Below are positions 1 to 14,204 of a stretch of 58,795 nucleotides of DNA, one piece after another. The stretch is taken from assembly GCF_006345805.1 (NCBI RefSeq), contig NW_021835513.1:1-58795 (forward strand). The letters are read 5' to 3'. Position numbers and translations under genes: made by a program. The DNA is from Octopus sinensis. Lineage: Eukaryota. A model generated the notes under the pieces. The model saw only the letters and a program-made list of their open reading frames with translations, was not told where the DNA came from and did not search any database. Within the stretch, counting starts at the first letter, position 1. Each line of letters starts with the position of its first letter.

Positions 1-142
1 AACGATAAAAAGAAGAAACGAAATCGAGAAATCTTAGATTCTCATCCATCCTTATTTCAGAAAGCTTAACTAGAACAAAATAACAGAAAATATGTTAAAG
101 TCTGCGAGACAGTAACTCAATCTGAAGCGGGTAGTGTCTTCT

Positions 143-445
143 TCTAATTCGATAAATGAAACCTATCCATGTGTCTACACCTGCTAAAAATTTCAGATCA
201 AGGCTTAAGCTGAGTTCGACTTTCTGGATCTACGAAAAAATGTGAGATCTTTCTGATACGCATAAGTAGCATTTCTTGGATCCATTAACATATGGTTTGG
301 ATTTCTCCAATATTCTCCAATTAATTGTATGTCGTCTGGAGTTACTTTTGAAATTCCATTTGTAACTGTCGAGACCGAAAATCTTTCCCAATGGATAAAC
401 TCCGTCATATTCGAAGTTGAAGTTACAGCTACGCTCCAAGACTAA
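143..445 (-). pseudogene. Penelope-like element GIY-YIG endonuclease remnant (internally deleted, frameshifted)
   Basis: Minus strand reads RSCNF..YPLGK, then INWRILEKSKPYVNGSKKCYLCVSERSHI and, after a frameshift, *SEIFSRCRHMDRFHLSN*. This matches the Penelope-like C-terminal pattern I.W.IL....PY..GSK.C.LC..E....SE....CRH as I recall it. Confidence 0.75.
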
Positions 446-781
446 TGAATTAATAAGAAGAATTACATCAGGTTATGTGAGGGCGAAATCATGAGACGTT
501 ATGCTAGCGACGTATCTTCTTTTCCGCATATCGCTAAAAGTAATGCAACTAAATTGGCTAGCGACATTTCGTTGGAGACCGAAACTCGAAGAATTGCTTC
601 TCTTCAATGGTAGAGCGCCCGTTACATTATATATATATATAAATTAAATTATTATATATATATATATATATAAAAAAGTATATATATAATTAAATATAAT
701 ACACAAACCTATTACAAGTCATTAAATTGTAATCAAAATAAGAAATGTTTCAAATATAGACAAACTCCTTACAGAAGCTAA

Positions 782-820
<39 letters not shown>

Positions 821-877
821 TATTATATATTAAAGTATATATAGTAATTAATTATTTTACTGTTCTATTATATTTTT

Positions 878-964
878 AACCTGATGAGCGACTATATTTA
901 TATGCAAGTGATTTCTCTACTACTGTAATCCTTTCTTAAATATAACAGCGAAACACGTGTCGTT
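878..964 (+). ncRNA. Type I hammerhead ribozyme, minimal Penelope type, long stem II
   Basis: Stem I AAC(878-880)/GTT(962-964); core CTGATGA 881-887; stem II GC..TATATTTA/TAAATATA..GC; GAAA 950-953; palindromic stem III ACACGTGT; GTC cleavage triplet 959-961. Confidence 0.75.
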
Positions 965-1139
965 TTTCTACCTATTATATACATTTTTATTATTTTTGTA
1001 ATTTACTTAATCTTTACTTTTTAATTGTTATTTTGATTTTAACTTTTCTGTTATATGTAATTTTCTAGATGGTGTAATTTAATTATTCATTTTGAATTGA
1101 TAAAAGGTGGGCTTTGTCTAATATTTTATATATATGTAT

Positions 1140-1202
<63 letters not shown>

Positions 1203-2010
1203 AAATACAAAATGGCTGATCCTTAGAACATTCATACATACGTACGTACGTATGTATGAATGTATGTATGTACGTATGTATGCATGTAAGTATATACTTA
1301 TATTATATATCACAAAATTCCCTGTTCGATTAGAAATAAAAACATAATAGGCAAAATAACATACATAAACATGCAGTTTATACAACGCATACAAACCAAA
1401 AGTAATGAGAAAAATATCGCAAGTTCGATGGTGAATTTTATGTGTCAACTGAGATGGAAGACCAGAGCGAAATTCCATGCGGTGTTTGTTTCTCCCTCTG
1501 CGCTCTGAGTTCAAATATTTGCCAAGGTCAAATGTTCTCTTCCTCTTCACGTGAGCTGCTGAAAAACGTAACACGGGGAATATTAATCACTCTAATCTCG
1601 CTTTGTCTCGCTTTGATTGTGTAGTTTTATTGCGCTACGAGGAAGTCGTGATATACAGCAATGAGATACAGCATCAGAACTGATAGAAGACTATAGTCAA
1701 ACAGATGAATCTCCAGAGAAAACAAAAGAACTGCTTATATTCCAACACTTGCTGGCTGTAAATGATGATGACAGCGTGTGAGAATCGAATACCCAGCATT
1801 CAATGCGACTTGCTCGGAACATTATGGAAATATGAAAAAAAAACAAAAAACAAAAACAGAACAACGACAGCCAAAAAGCAAAACAAAATATAAACGACTG
1901 AACGAATACAATGGATGTGTAGACAAAACAAAACATGACATATTGCTTGGCTATGTCATATCTCAGCAAAAAAAAATCTCCGATCATGAAAGACGAACAA
2001 GCAATAATGT

Positions 2011-2140
2011 GATATAGACAGAAAATATAAAATATAAATAATGCCGCAATTTGAACATGGTATAAACAATATGTTAACAAACTCTCAATTGACATAGATA
2101 TATACAAAACACACGCACAATTCACACGTACAAAACACAC
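2011..2140. repeat. Unclassified dispersed repeat, second copy at about 4000-4130
   Basis: Both loci share TATAGACAGA..ATATAAAATATAAATAA...TATAAACAATATGTTAACA...ATTGACA.AGAT. Confidence 0.6.
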
Positions 2141-2214
2141 ACATATTTGTATCTATGTATATCTACACATATATACATACACACACACACATACACACAC
2201 AAACACACACACAA

Positions 2215-2249
<35 letters not shown>

Positions 2250-2272
2250 CATATATATGTATATATGTATAA

Positions 2273-2324
<52 letters not shown>

Positions 2325-2446
2325 GTTATGGATATCTATATATATATATGAATGTATAAATGCCTATGTGCGCATATAATATGGATACATACATATAAAT
2401 ATATATGTGTATATATATATGTATATATGTATATATGTATATGTAC

Positions 2447-2518
<72 letters not shown>

Positions 2519-3256
2519 CTCTCTCTATATATATATATAACTGCATATGATATTTATATTCTTGCATATATATGTATATGCATGTTTATATATTCATATA
2601 CATATACATCGTGGTATACTTATATGTACGGATACAGAAACTCGAATTAATATACATACACTCACATATGTATATATAAAGACGTATGTTGGTGTGTAGG
2701 AAATCACAAATGGGCATTCATGCATCCACACACACACAAACACACATACACACACACTCACATATATACACACACACACACGGACACGGGCCTATGTATA
2801 TATTCATGAATGCACATGTGTAATTACGCATGTAATTAATTCATATGAATGTTGCGCATACTAAAGGATTTTCACATGTATATCCAGTAGAATGAGCATT
2901 CCTGCAGTGTGATAGCACATGGGAGCCGACAGCAGCAGCAGAAAAGACTTGTTATGATCGTTAAAAGGTTATTACGCAGATGATGTGAAATAATACACAC
3001 ACACACTCATACAGACACACACACACACACACACACTGTCTCTCTCACACTTACACGTATGTATGTATGTATATATGTATGTATGCATGTATGTATGTAT
3101 GTATGTGTGTATGTATGTATGCGTGTGTATGTATGTGTGTATGTATATATGTATGTATGTATATATGTATATATGCATTCAAAATGTGACCGCGTGTGTA
3201 CCGTTGGCGATTTTTTTCCTCTGTCTTCCCTTCTCTGGATCTTTCCTTCTCCTATG

Positions 3257-3289
3257 TTTCCGACGAAGAGCTCCGCTCGAAACGTTAAA
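3257..3289 (+). ncRNA. Ultra-minimal type I hammerhead ribozyme (U4C core variant, zero-loop stem III) in a ~220 bp island (3176-3393)
   Basis: TTT / CCGACGA / A / GAGC-TCC-GCTC / GAAA / CG / TT / AAA. Stem III lies in the palindrome AACGTT. The island is flanked by (TATG)n arrays. Confidence 0.7.
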
Positions 3290-3392
3290 AGCCCCTTCTT
3301 TCCTTCTTTCCTGAGCGTCCAATAATACTATATTTGTTCCACGTCCTCGCGTTGTTGTGTTTTTTTTGTGCTTTCTTGTTTGGATTAACTTT

Positions 3393-3962
3393 ATGTATGT
3401 ATGTATGTATGTATGTATGTACGTATGTATGTATGTATGTGTGTGTGTATGTATGCATGTATGTATGTATGTAGATGTATGTATGTATGTATGTATGTAT
3501 GTATGTATGTATATATGCATGTATGTATGTTGTATGTATGTATGTATGTATGTATGTATGTGTGTATGTATGTATGTATGTATGTATGTATGTATGATGT
3601 GTGTGTGTGTATGTATGTATGTATGTATGTATGTATGTATGTATATATGCATGTATGTATGTATGTATGTATGTATGTATGTATGTATGTATGTATGTGT
3701 GTATGTATGTATGTATGTATGTATGTATGTATGTATGTATGTATGTATGTATGTATGTATGTGTGTATGTATGTATGTATGTATATATGCATGTATGTAT
3801 GTATGTATGTATGTATGTATGTATGTATATATGCATGTATGTATGTATGTATGTATGGTATGTATGTATGTATGTATGTATGTATGTATGTATGTGTGTA
3901 TACGTGCATGTATGTATGTATGTGTGCATGTATGTATATATGTATGTAAGCAAATATGTATG

Positions 3963-3996
<34 letters not shown>

Positions 3997-4002
3997 TGTA
4001 TA
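3393..4002. repeat. (TATG)n microsatellite, ~600 bp
   Basis: Direct reading; it produces the spurious YIHT/MYVC ORFs. Confidence 0.95.
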
Positions 4003-4184
4003 TAGACAGAGGATATAAAATATAAATAAAGATCGGAACTTGAATATGATATAAACAATATGTTAACAGACAATTGATTGACACAGATGTACAAAAACAC
4101 AAAGAGACTTTACACATAAATCACGCGCATATAAACAAATTAGCATGTGCTGATTTTATAAGTGGTGACGAATGTTACAATTCT

Positions 4185-4440
4185 GTAAATAACAATAATA
4201 TTTCTTCTTATATGTTTAGAGCTTAAAAGCTATCACCATGTGGTCTAATATTAGGGTATATAAGGGCTACACGGAAAGAAAGTGGGTTTCCGTTGGCATA
4301 GGGCACGAACCCACACCTCTATGCTTTCGCGAAAATTGTGCTACGATTTACACCAGCATACCCACCTAACCCTTCACGTTCGATTAAGATAAGCAGTAGC
4401 TTATCAGGATTTTACAATTCTGTAAATAATACCCTCTGTG
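4185..4440 (-). mobile_element. tRNA-headed repeat (family D) with 18-bp terminal redundancy
   Basis: Minus strand has A-box-like TGGTGTAAATCG and B-box-like GGTTCGTGCCC (about 4300-4360). TTACAATTCTGTAAATAA occurs at about 4185 and 4422. The body resembles the arms of the 33102-33458 palindrome. Confidence 0.5.
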
Positions 4441-5101
4441 TGAAAAGTCTGGATGCATCCGAAAAAATATATATTATGAAACAAAAATAAACACAAAATT
4501 TATTACACTAATCTGTTACCACCACGACAGTCAACTATTTGACGCCGAACACGAGTTTGATGTTGAATACATCCACGAATTTTCCGCTCAGATTGCTCTT
4601 CCCAAGACTACAAGACGGCTTCGTGCAATTCATGCCTCGTTGCAGGGTTTTTCAGTTCAACTTTATCGGCCAAAACTTTGAAAATGCCTTCATCTAAAGT
4701 TAATAATGATTCTGCTAATTCCACGTGTAAACATGTGTTGAATAGAACTCACTGAATAAATCTTAATTAACTGCGTTGCCAATTGTATGCACCTGACATA
4801 TGCTAACGTGTATGCAGCCAGACTTTTCACACAATTATTTTCTAATTATGTAAATAATGATATTTGATAAGTTTACAGATTATACATATATGTATACGTG
4901 CATATGGGTATTTAAACTAAAGCGTCTGGAAACTGTTCCGCATTGAATATTCTCGCAGCGGATTTGTAAAATCACTTCGCAAAATCTTCGGAGAAAAACA
5001 ACATAAATAAAAACTATAAGATAAACGACATCCACAAAAATATTCATAAGAATAATTTTAGGGAAATTGAAAATTATAGCATGAAAATAAATAAATATAT
5101 T

Positions 5102-5486
5102 GTGTGGAAGCACTCCGTCGGTTACGACGATGAGGGTTCCGGTTGATCCGATCAACGGAACAGCCTGCTCGTGAAATTAACGTGTAAGTGGCTGAGCACT
5201 CCACAGACACGTGTACCCTTAACGTAGTTCTCGGGGATATTCGGCGTGACACAGAGAGTGACAAGGCCGGCCCTTTGAAATACAGGTACAACAGCAACAG
5301 GAAGTGAGATTGAGAGAAAGTTGTGGTGAAAGAGTACAGCAGGGATCACCACCAATCCCTGCCGGAGCCTCGTGGAGCTTTAGGTATTTTCGCTCAATAA
5401 ACACTCACAACGCCCGGTCTGGGAATCGAAACCGCGATCCTACGACCGCGAGTCCGCTGCCCTAACCACTGGGCCATTGCGCCTCC
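5102..5486 (-). mobile_element. tRNA-derived SINE family A, full length
   Basis: Minus-strand head GGAGGCGCAATGGCCCAGTGGTTAGG...GGTTTCGATTCCC with A and B boxes. Probable TSD AAATATATT at 5093-5101 and 5487-5495. Highly similar copy at 8212-8596. Confidence 0.9.
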
Positions 5487-5914
5487 AAATATATTAATAT
5501 AACACGCACACAAAACACATAATGACTTTCGTTACTAGTCATAATAGTTTAATTGAAACAGGATGCAGACGACTATGTTTGACTGGAAAACGAAAACAAC
5601 GCGAAATTAATTCAATAAAAGTATTGAAAATTACAATTCTTTCGGAAGAAACGGAGAGAATAGAAAGGAACGAAAATTGATAACGAAAACAGCAACCAGA
5701 ATATAAAAAAAAAAAAAAATTAGCTAAGAATATATTTGTATGTTTCGTGGAACCTATGTCCACAAGCTATACGATTCGCTTTTGTTATACGACAAAGATA
5801 GCACATTTGAAGTAAAGACACCATTTTGAAACTGCAGACACTAACCATCGTACCAAATATCGCTTTCTGTTTCGTAGCAGAAAAAAACATCTTTTGTCGT
5901 CACTGTAATGATAT

Positions 5915-5992
5915 TATATTTCATTTATATATATATATACACACACATTTCCATATATATATATATAATATATATATATATTATATATATAA

Positions 5993-6046
<54 letters not shown>

Positions 6047-6515
6047 ATGTATTTGTATATATGTGTATATGTGTATATGTGTATATGTGTTGGTGTGAAT
6101 ATATTTCTATATATGTATATATGTGTATGTATCTATATACATATATATCTATACATATGTATATTTAAGTATATATATGTACGTGTGTGTATATATATAA
6201 ACACACATATATGTATGTATACAAATATATATATATACATATAGATGTTTATATACGAAAAAATGTTCGTTTCTATGTTTTCGTTTTTAGGTTTTCGTTT
6301 CTCATTGTGTTCAAAGTTTTTTCGATGTCCTGTACCCATATATGCATGTATATATACATATATATGTAGGTATGTACATATATGCATGTATATATGCACT
6401 TGTTTATATATTATTTATATTATTATATAGATATATATATACAAATATATTATATATATATATATATATATTATATATTATATATATATATATATAATAT
6501 ATATATATATAATAT

Positions 6516-6546
<31 letters not shown>

Positions 6547-6670
6547 GTATGTATATGTATTTGTATATATGTGTATGTATCTATATACATATATATCTAT
6601 ACATATGTATATTTAAGTATATATATGTACGTGTGTGTATATATATAAACACACATATATGTATGTATAC

Positions 6671-6706
<36 letters not shown>

Positions 6707-7400
6707 ATGTATTTGTATATATGTGTATGTATCTATATACATATATATGTAGGTATGTACATATATGCATGTATATATGCACTTGTTTATATATTATTTA
6801 TATTATTATATAGATATATATATATATACACACACATTTCCATATATATATATATACACACACATTTCCATATATATATATATATAATATATATATATAT
6901 ATGTATGTATACAAATATATATATATATACACACACATTTCCATATATATATATATATATACATATAGATGTTTATATACGAAAAAATGTTCGTTTCTAT
7001 GTTTTCGTTTTTAGGTTTTCGTTTCTCATTGTGTTCAAAGTTTTTTCGATGTCCTGTACCCATATATGCATGTATATATGCACTTGTTTATATATTATTT
7101 ATATTATTATATAGATATATATATATATACATATAGATGTTTATATACGAAAAAATGTTCGTTTCTATGTTTTCGTTTTTAGGTTTTCGTTTCTCATTGT
7201 GTTCAAAGTTTTTTCGATGTCCTGTACCCATATATGCATGTATATATACATATATATGTAGGTATGTACATATATGCATGTATATATGCACTTGTTTATA
7301 TATTATTTATATTATTATATAGATATATATATATATATATATGTATGTATATGTATTTGTATATATGTGTATGTATCTATATACATATATATGTGTGTGT
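5915..7400. repeat. Complex local tandem duplication embedded in TA-rich microsatellite
   Basis: The block ATAGATGTTTATATACGAAAAAATGTTCG...TGTACCCATATATGCATG occurs essentially identically at about 6241, 6965 and 7133. A diverged relative lies at about 12010-12190. Confidence 0.85.
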
Positions 7401-7908
7401 GTAGCTATATACACATACACAACAATACATACAAATAAAATCATTTGTATATTTACAATGTTGATATATGTATATATGCGTGTGTATACGTACATGTGTA
7501 TGTGTATGTAAACATACACGTATATCTACACTGGAATAAATAACACGCACACATGCACCCCACACACACGCACACACACATTCAGCCATTGAAAACCTCG
7601 TATTCATTCACCATATTAAAATGATACTAACTTTAGCGTGTTGCAAAAAATTAGAATCAATTTCTATTTGTAAATCAAAATGAATTCATACAGAACCGTT
7701 TGAACTCACTTATTCCCTTGCTCTTCTATTCGCGTGCACTTCTATTCGCGTGCACTTCTATTCTTTTGCATTTCTATTCCCTTGCACTTCTATTCTGTTC
7801 CATCTTTTCACAACCTTTATTCTTCTGTCCTCCTTATTCTCTCAGCTGTATTAGGTTTTTGATTTTTGGTCATGTTCCCTTTATTTTGTTTTTCCTCTTC
7901 TTCCCCTC

Positions 7909-7939
<31 letters not shown>

Positions 7940-8211
7940 GTCGTCGTCGTCGTCGTCATCCGTCGTCCTCACCGTCAACGTGTTCTTTTTCTTGTTCTTG
8001 TTCTAGTTGTTCTACTTCTTCCGCTTTAAATTTCTTTGTCTTGTATTTGTTCATGTTGTTGTTATTGTTGTAGCTGAAAGAAAATCAGGTAGGAGATATA
8101 CAGCTTAATACAGATCAATGAAAAGGAGACGGATAGGGGGAGCTATATAACAAATGATAGTGCTACCTTGCCCGATAAATACACCTAAGAAAGTGCGTTG
8201 AGGAATGTAAT

Positions 8212-8596
8212 CTGAAAGCACTCCGTCGGTTACGACGACGAGGGTTCCGGTTGATCCGAATCAACGGAACAGCCTACTCGTGAAATTAACGTGTAAGTGG
8301 CTGAGTACTCCACAGACACGTGAACCCTTAACGTAGTTCTCGGGGATATTCAGCGTGACACAGAGAGTGACAAGGCCGGCCCCTTGAAATACAGGTACTA
8401 CAGAAACAGGAAGTAAGAGTGAGAGAAAGTTGTGGTGAAAGAGTACAGCAGGGATCACCACCATACCCTGCTGGGGCCTCGTGGAGCTTTAGGTGTTTTC
8501 GCTCAATAAACACTCACACCGCCCGGTCTGGGAATCGAAACCGCGATCCTACGACCGCGAGTCCGCTGCCCTAACCACCGGGCCATTGCGCCTCCA
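8212..8596 (-). mobile_element. tRNA-derived SINE family A, full length, 16-bp TSD
   Basis: Same head and body as 5102-5486. Perfect TSD CGTTGAGGAATGTAAT at 8196-8211 and 8597-8612. Confidence 0.93.
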
Positions 8597-9164
8597 CGTT
8601 GAGGAATGTAATATAAAAATTTAAAAGCAAATGGCAGAAGTTTGTTACATATTCAAAATAGGAATATGAACACCTGACTGAAATTTTGTGGGATGTTTAC
8701 TCCAACGATCAGAATGGGGTATACTGAAGCGTGCCCAGAATAGGCCCGTTGGTAAATGCAGCAGCTCTTCGACTCCTCTTAGTTGAGACTAGTGCTCTAC
8801 CTGGTGATAACGAAAGTGACGCTTATAGACGTACAAAAGGCGGAAGACTCCGAATAATAAGGAAGCGAAACACTAACTGCCTGAGGGAGATAACAATACA
8901 TTAGAGGAAGAACTAATTTTAGATATATTAATTTAACATTTTTTTTTTGTTTTTTACTGCTTTCACACCGTTGAAAAGAAATTTATAAATTATACGCAGA
9001 GAGAATCAGCCGTACATTTAGTTGAATCGCAGTATATACATATAGACAACCATTTACATACAGACACGCGTTCACACAGAAAAAACATGTTTTCCCATTT
9101 ACATACACCATTAGTCATCATAGTAAAGTTATATATATATATATACACATACATACATGCATAC

Positions 9165-9208
<44 letters not shown>

Positions 9209-10041
9209 CACACACGCACATATATATACGTATATATATATGTATATATATATATGCGCATCCTCAAAACTTGAGATATATGTATATACATACACACATA
9301 CAGACAGACATACATACACACATATATACATATATACATACATAAATACACACGCGCGCTCTCTCTCTCTCACACACACATATATACATATAAGTATATA
9401 TGTAATTGTATATATATATACGTTAATTTATATATTTTTATATATGTATATACAGACAAATATATATTTATACATGTACATACGCACACAACACAGACAC
9501 ACACAAACACACACAACCACAAACACACACATATATATATATATATAGCTATACATATACGCACATATCCCCGTTCTCAAATGAGTATCAACGCACGTAT
9601 GCATTTTTAATTAAAAGTATTTATATTTTCAATACATTCTATTGACTGCCCCCTTTACTTTTTCTATTTATTTCATTTATATTCTCTGTTTTTTTTTTAC
9701 CTCTGCTTAATTTTTTTTTATCTTTTCACAAACCAAAATCGTCTTTTGGAAGCAATTCAATAAAATTTTCTTTAAAATGCAAACGCAGTTCCTAGCCGAC
9801 ATTCTAAAAGAAAAACCGAAAATATATATAAAGTCTTCCATTGAAATTTGTCTGCCACTCTTTTTGTAATTATTATTATTATTTTTGTTGTTATAATAAT
9901 AATATTATAATTATTATTATTGTTATTAGCATTATTATTATTAGCCTTGTTGTTCTTGTTGTTGATGTGACTGTCTTGGTTGTATTTGTCCTTGCGGTTG
10001 CTAATAGTATTATGGTTAGTGTAAGCGCCATAGCGGTAATG

Positions 10042-10442
<401 letters not shown>

Positions 10443-10809
10443 GCATTAAATGAGAATTATAAATATGTATTTTTGAACTGTTATCGATTTGTTGCTAAAT
10501 TTTTGTTTGTCTTCGCGGTGCTTATACACTAATCACGTGACAAACTAACTTATTTTATTTTCATTAATCTCCGCACGTAGGTAAAGGTCTAGCACATATT
10601 TTTTTATTCCTTTTGTTTTTGTTTTTGTTGTTGTTGTTGTTGTTGTTGTCTTCTCACTGCTACTTAAATACATAATGTCTGTATTCGTTTTGCACAGAAT
10701 ATACATAGAAGAATCAATCGAAGACACACTCAAACAGGTAAACACTTACTCTTGCCCATGCGCAGACCCAGAGAAATGTTCATGAACCTATGTAGGTATC
10801 AACCTGTCG

Positions 10810-10925
10810 CTCTTTCTCTCTTTCTCTCTTTCTATCTCTCTCTTTCTCTCTCTTTCTCTCTCTCTCTCTTTCTCTATCTATCTATCCGTCTGTCTGTCTG
10901 TATGTCTATCTCTCTGCTTGCCTGC

Positions 10926-10987
<62 letters not shown>

Positions 10988-11274
10988 CTATCTATCTATC
11001 TATCTTATCTATCTATCTATCTATCTATCTATCTGTCTATCGTCGTTGTCTATCTATTATCTATCTATCTATATATCCTATCTATCTGTCTTCATTCTGT
11101 CTGTCTGTCTCATAAATCCCTATCTATCTATATATCGATCATCTATCTATATATCTATCTATCTATATGTCTATATGTCTGTCTGTCTATCTATCTATAT
11201 ATCTATCTATCTATCTATCTATCTATTATCTATCTGTCTGTCTGTCTGTTCGGTATGCTAATCTATATATCTAT

Positions 11275-11314
<40 letters not shown>

Positions 11315-11400
11315 ATCTATCTATCTGTCTATCTATCTATCTATCTATCTATCTATTCATCTTCTATCTATCTATCTATCTATCTATATCTATATATATA
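10810..11400. repeat. (TC)n/(TATC)n/(TGTC)n compound microsatellite; many more (TATC)n blocks occur across the window
   Basis: Direct reading. Confidence 0.95.
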
Positions 11401-11439
11401 TATATAATATATATATATATATATGTATATATATATGTG

Positions 11440-11475
<36 letters not shown>

Positions 11476-12782
11476 AATACAAAACCCATGTGCTTTATAT
11501 ATATATGCATATATTTATATTTATACACACATACACATATAGATATATACCTCTACATATAAATACACACGCATAGGTATATACGCACCTGAGTGTGAAT
11601 ATAAATATGTATAAAACTACAGATGTGAAGACGTAAGGATGTATATGTTTTGTGGAAATAGAAATACGCAAATATACATAGATCCAGACAGAAATACAAT
11701 GAAGCATATACCCAGTTTTATATACATAAACGCACACACACGTTTATATACATAGAGATACCTGCATAGAAAAAGAAAGATATGTAAGCAAATTTCGTCG
11801 AAACCAGACATGCTGTGAATGAAATATATATATGTTTTGTTACCACTTTTACCCCTCCGAAAAAAATCACATATTTTATTTAATTTGCTTTGAGGGAAAG
11901 ATTGTTTCAAGGAAGTCGTGTCTCGCCTTTACCTTCGAAACACGGAGCAGACGAAGCAGAAGCGGCTGAAGACGGAGAATATTCCTTGTGTTGTATGTCA
12001 TGTACTCTCTTTATACGTTGATTAAAAAAATTGTCCGTTTCCATGGTTTTGTGTTTATGTTTTCGTTTCTCATTGTGTTCGACGTATTTTTGGTGTCCTG
12101 TACCCATATACGCATGTATATATACATGTAGATATAGGTACGTACATATATGTATGTATATACGCATATGTTTTATTTATTATTTTGTTATTATATATAT
12201 ATATATATGTATATATATGCGTGTGTGTGTGTGTGTGAGCATCATATACAATTACTACTTTCATGTCTTCGCAAATTTACGCCTGTAAAATCCCAGCAAA
12301 GTATGAAGAATCAACATTAGAAATCTTTTTTGGAATCCTGCAATTAAAGGACGAATCCAAATTCAATCTTCAATATATATATATATATATATATGAACAT
12401 ACAAATGTATATAGACCAGTTTCTTCAAAGTTATGTTGTCGCCTCACAATAAATTTATATACAGCATGAAAATTGGCTTAAAATCCCATGTGTCCTTATT
12501 TTTATGAAGACAGTCAGACATGTACAGGGAGTTGACTAGTTTCAGTATAACATACCCCATTTTATTTGAGCTGCAAAACAGTGCAAGATGCGACCGGGGA
12601 TGTAAACGCTTGTGTGGTTGATAACATTTAAAAGTATCACGAATGGAGACATTGTTAGCAGCGTTCTGATAGATTTCTTACCAATAATATCGTTTGGGGT
12701 TCCATAATAGATTCGCTAGATTCGTCATATATTCGTCCATCTTTAGGATAATCACGTTCATGATATATATATATATATATAT

Positions 12783-13113
12783 ATAAATGAAAGAATGGAG
12801 ACTAACGACGATTTAACAAAATTCCTTTATTCTCGACATGTGTTTCGAAGACTGCATATTCCTAATTCCGAAGGAATAAGGAGTGCATTATGCCGTCTTC
12901 GAAACATATGTCGAGAATAAAGGAATTTTGTTAAATCGTCGTTCGACTCCATTCTTTCATTTATTTATAGTAAAAAAAAACACACAAATTTCACACGAAA
13001 GCACGTGATCTCTGCCCTTGGCATGTAGCTTCAACCGTGTTTTCTGACGTGAATTTGCTACCCGGGTATCGGTTGACCGATTTATCCATACTAGGATAAT
13101 TCATTCAACTACT
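12783..13113 (+). mobile_element. Penelope-like pLTR fragment with ~180 bp fold-back (12783-12964) centred on a hammerhead stem II
   Basis: Arms 12783-12858 and 12889-12964 are near-perfect inverted repeats. The right arm holds GAAAC-ATAT-GTC then AATAAA. A second family member lies at about 41797-42033. (TA)n on both sides. Confidence 0.7.
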
Positions 13114-13117
13114 TTAT

Positions 13118-13159
<42 letters not shown>

Positions 13160-13175
13160 TACATACATACATACA

Positions 13176-13206
<31 letters not shown>

Positions 13207-14058
13207 TATATATATATAATATATATATATATATACATGTATGTATGTACTATGGAATCTACAAAATAGCGACAGCATAAGAAAGATATGTAAGAACAAA
13301 ATTGTTTCAAACTATAGGATAGAAATTTTTATATGTCTGAAATGCAAAAGTGAAGTCTGTCTCAACTTCTGTACATGTATATACGTATGTGTGTTTGTAC
13401 GTATGTGGTTGTGTAGTATATGTAGTTATATATTACGTACATATTATATATATATATATATGTTTGTATGTATGTGTATCTCTGTGTCTACATATATGTG
13501 TATATAGAGAGAGTTTGAGAGAGAAAGAGAGCGGGGAACTGTAAGAAACTGTAAATAAAAATAACATTCTATCAAAATAAGATGGAATTTTTTGGATAAT
13601 TTAAACGCTAAAGGGAAGTCTGAATCATATTCTCTATATCTATGAGAGTCTCTGTATGTGTATATATGCTTGCCTGTACGTATGTTTGTAAGTACGTGTG
13701 TGTGTACATGTGTATGTACGTATGTAATTATATAGATATATCCATATAGATACATACATGTGTATCTAACGCATATGTATATGTGTATATTACATGTATA
13801 TGTATCTTTGTACACACACAAACACTCGCACAAATACTCACACACACATACATGCACGCACACACATATGTATACACACATATATATTGTATATATATAT
13901 ATATATATGCGCGTGTGTGTGTGTGTATTTTAAAATTTATATACATGTTTGTATGTATATCTACCGATCTATATATGTATGCATAAGTGTGTGCGTGTAT
14001 ATATATATATACATATATATATATCTGTATTTATATGCTCTCTCTCTCTCTCTCTCTC

Positions 14059-14102
<44 letters not shown>

Positions 14103-14117
14103 GTATAATATATATGT

Positions 14118-14151
<34 letters not shown>

Positions 14152-14204
14152 ATATACATATATATATACATACTTTACATACACACGCGTACGTATGCAG
14201 AGGG

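Noticed and set aside
1625-1781. Possible terminal exon after a pyrimidine-rich ...TGTAG
   Set aside because: All frames hit stops quickly and no peptide is recognisable.
4511-4681. 57-codon open frame (..DAEHEFDVEYIHEF..), faintly chromodomain-like
   Set aside because: Downstream conserved chromodomain residues are absent and there is no convincing splice context.
5410-5486. tRNA gene calls for the SINE heads
   Set aside because: They are fused to repeated bodies with TSDs and have imperfect cloverleafs; they are SINE promoters.
11960-12045. CTGAAGA followed by a hairpin and ...AATTGTCCG, a possible hammerhead
   Set aside because: GAAA is missing and stem I does not pair in register; at most a very decayed relic.
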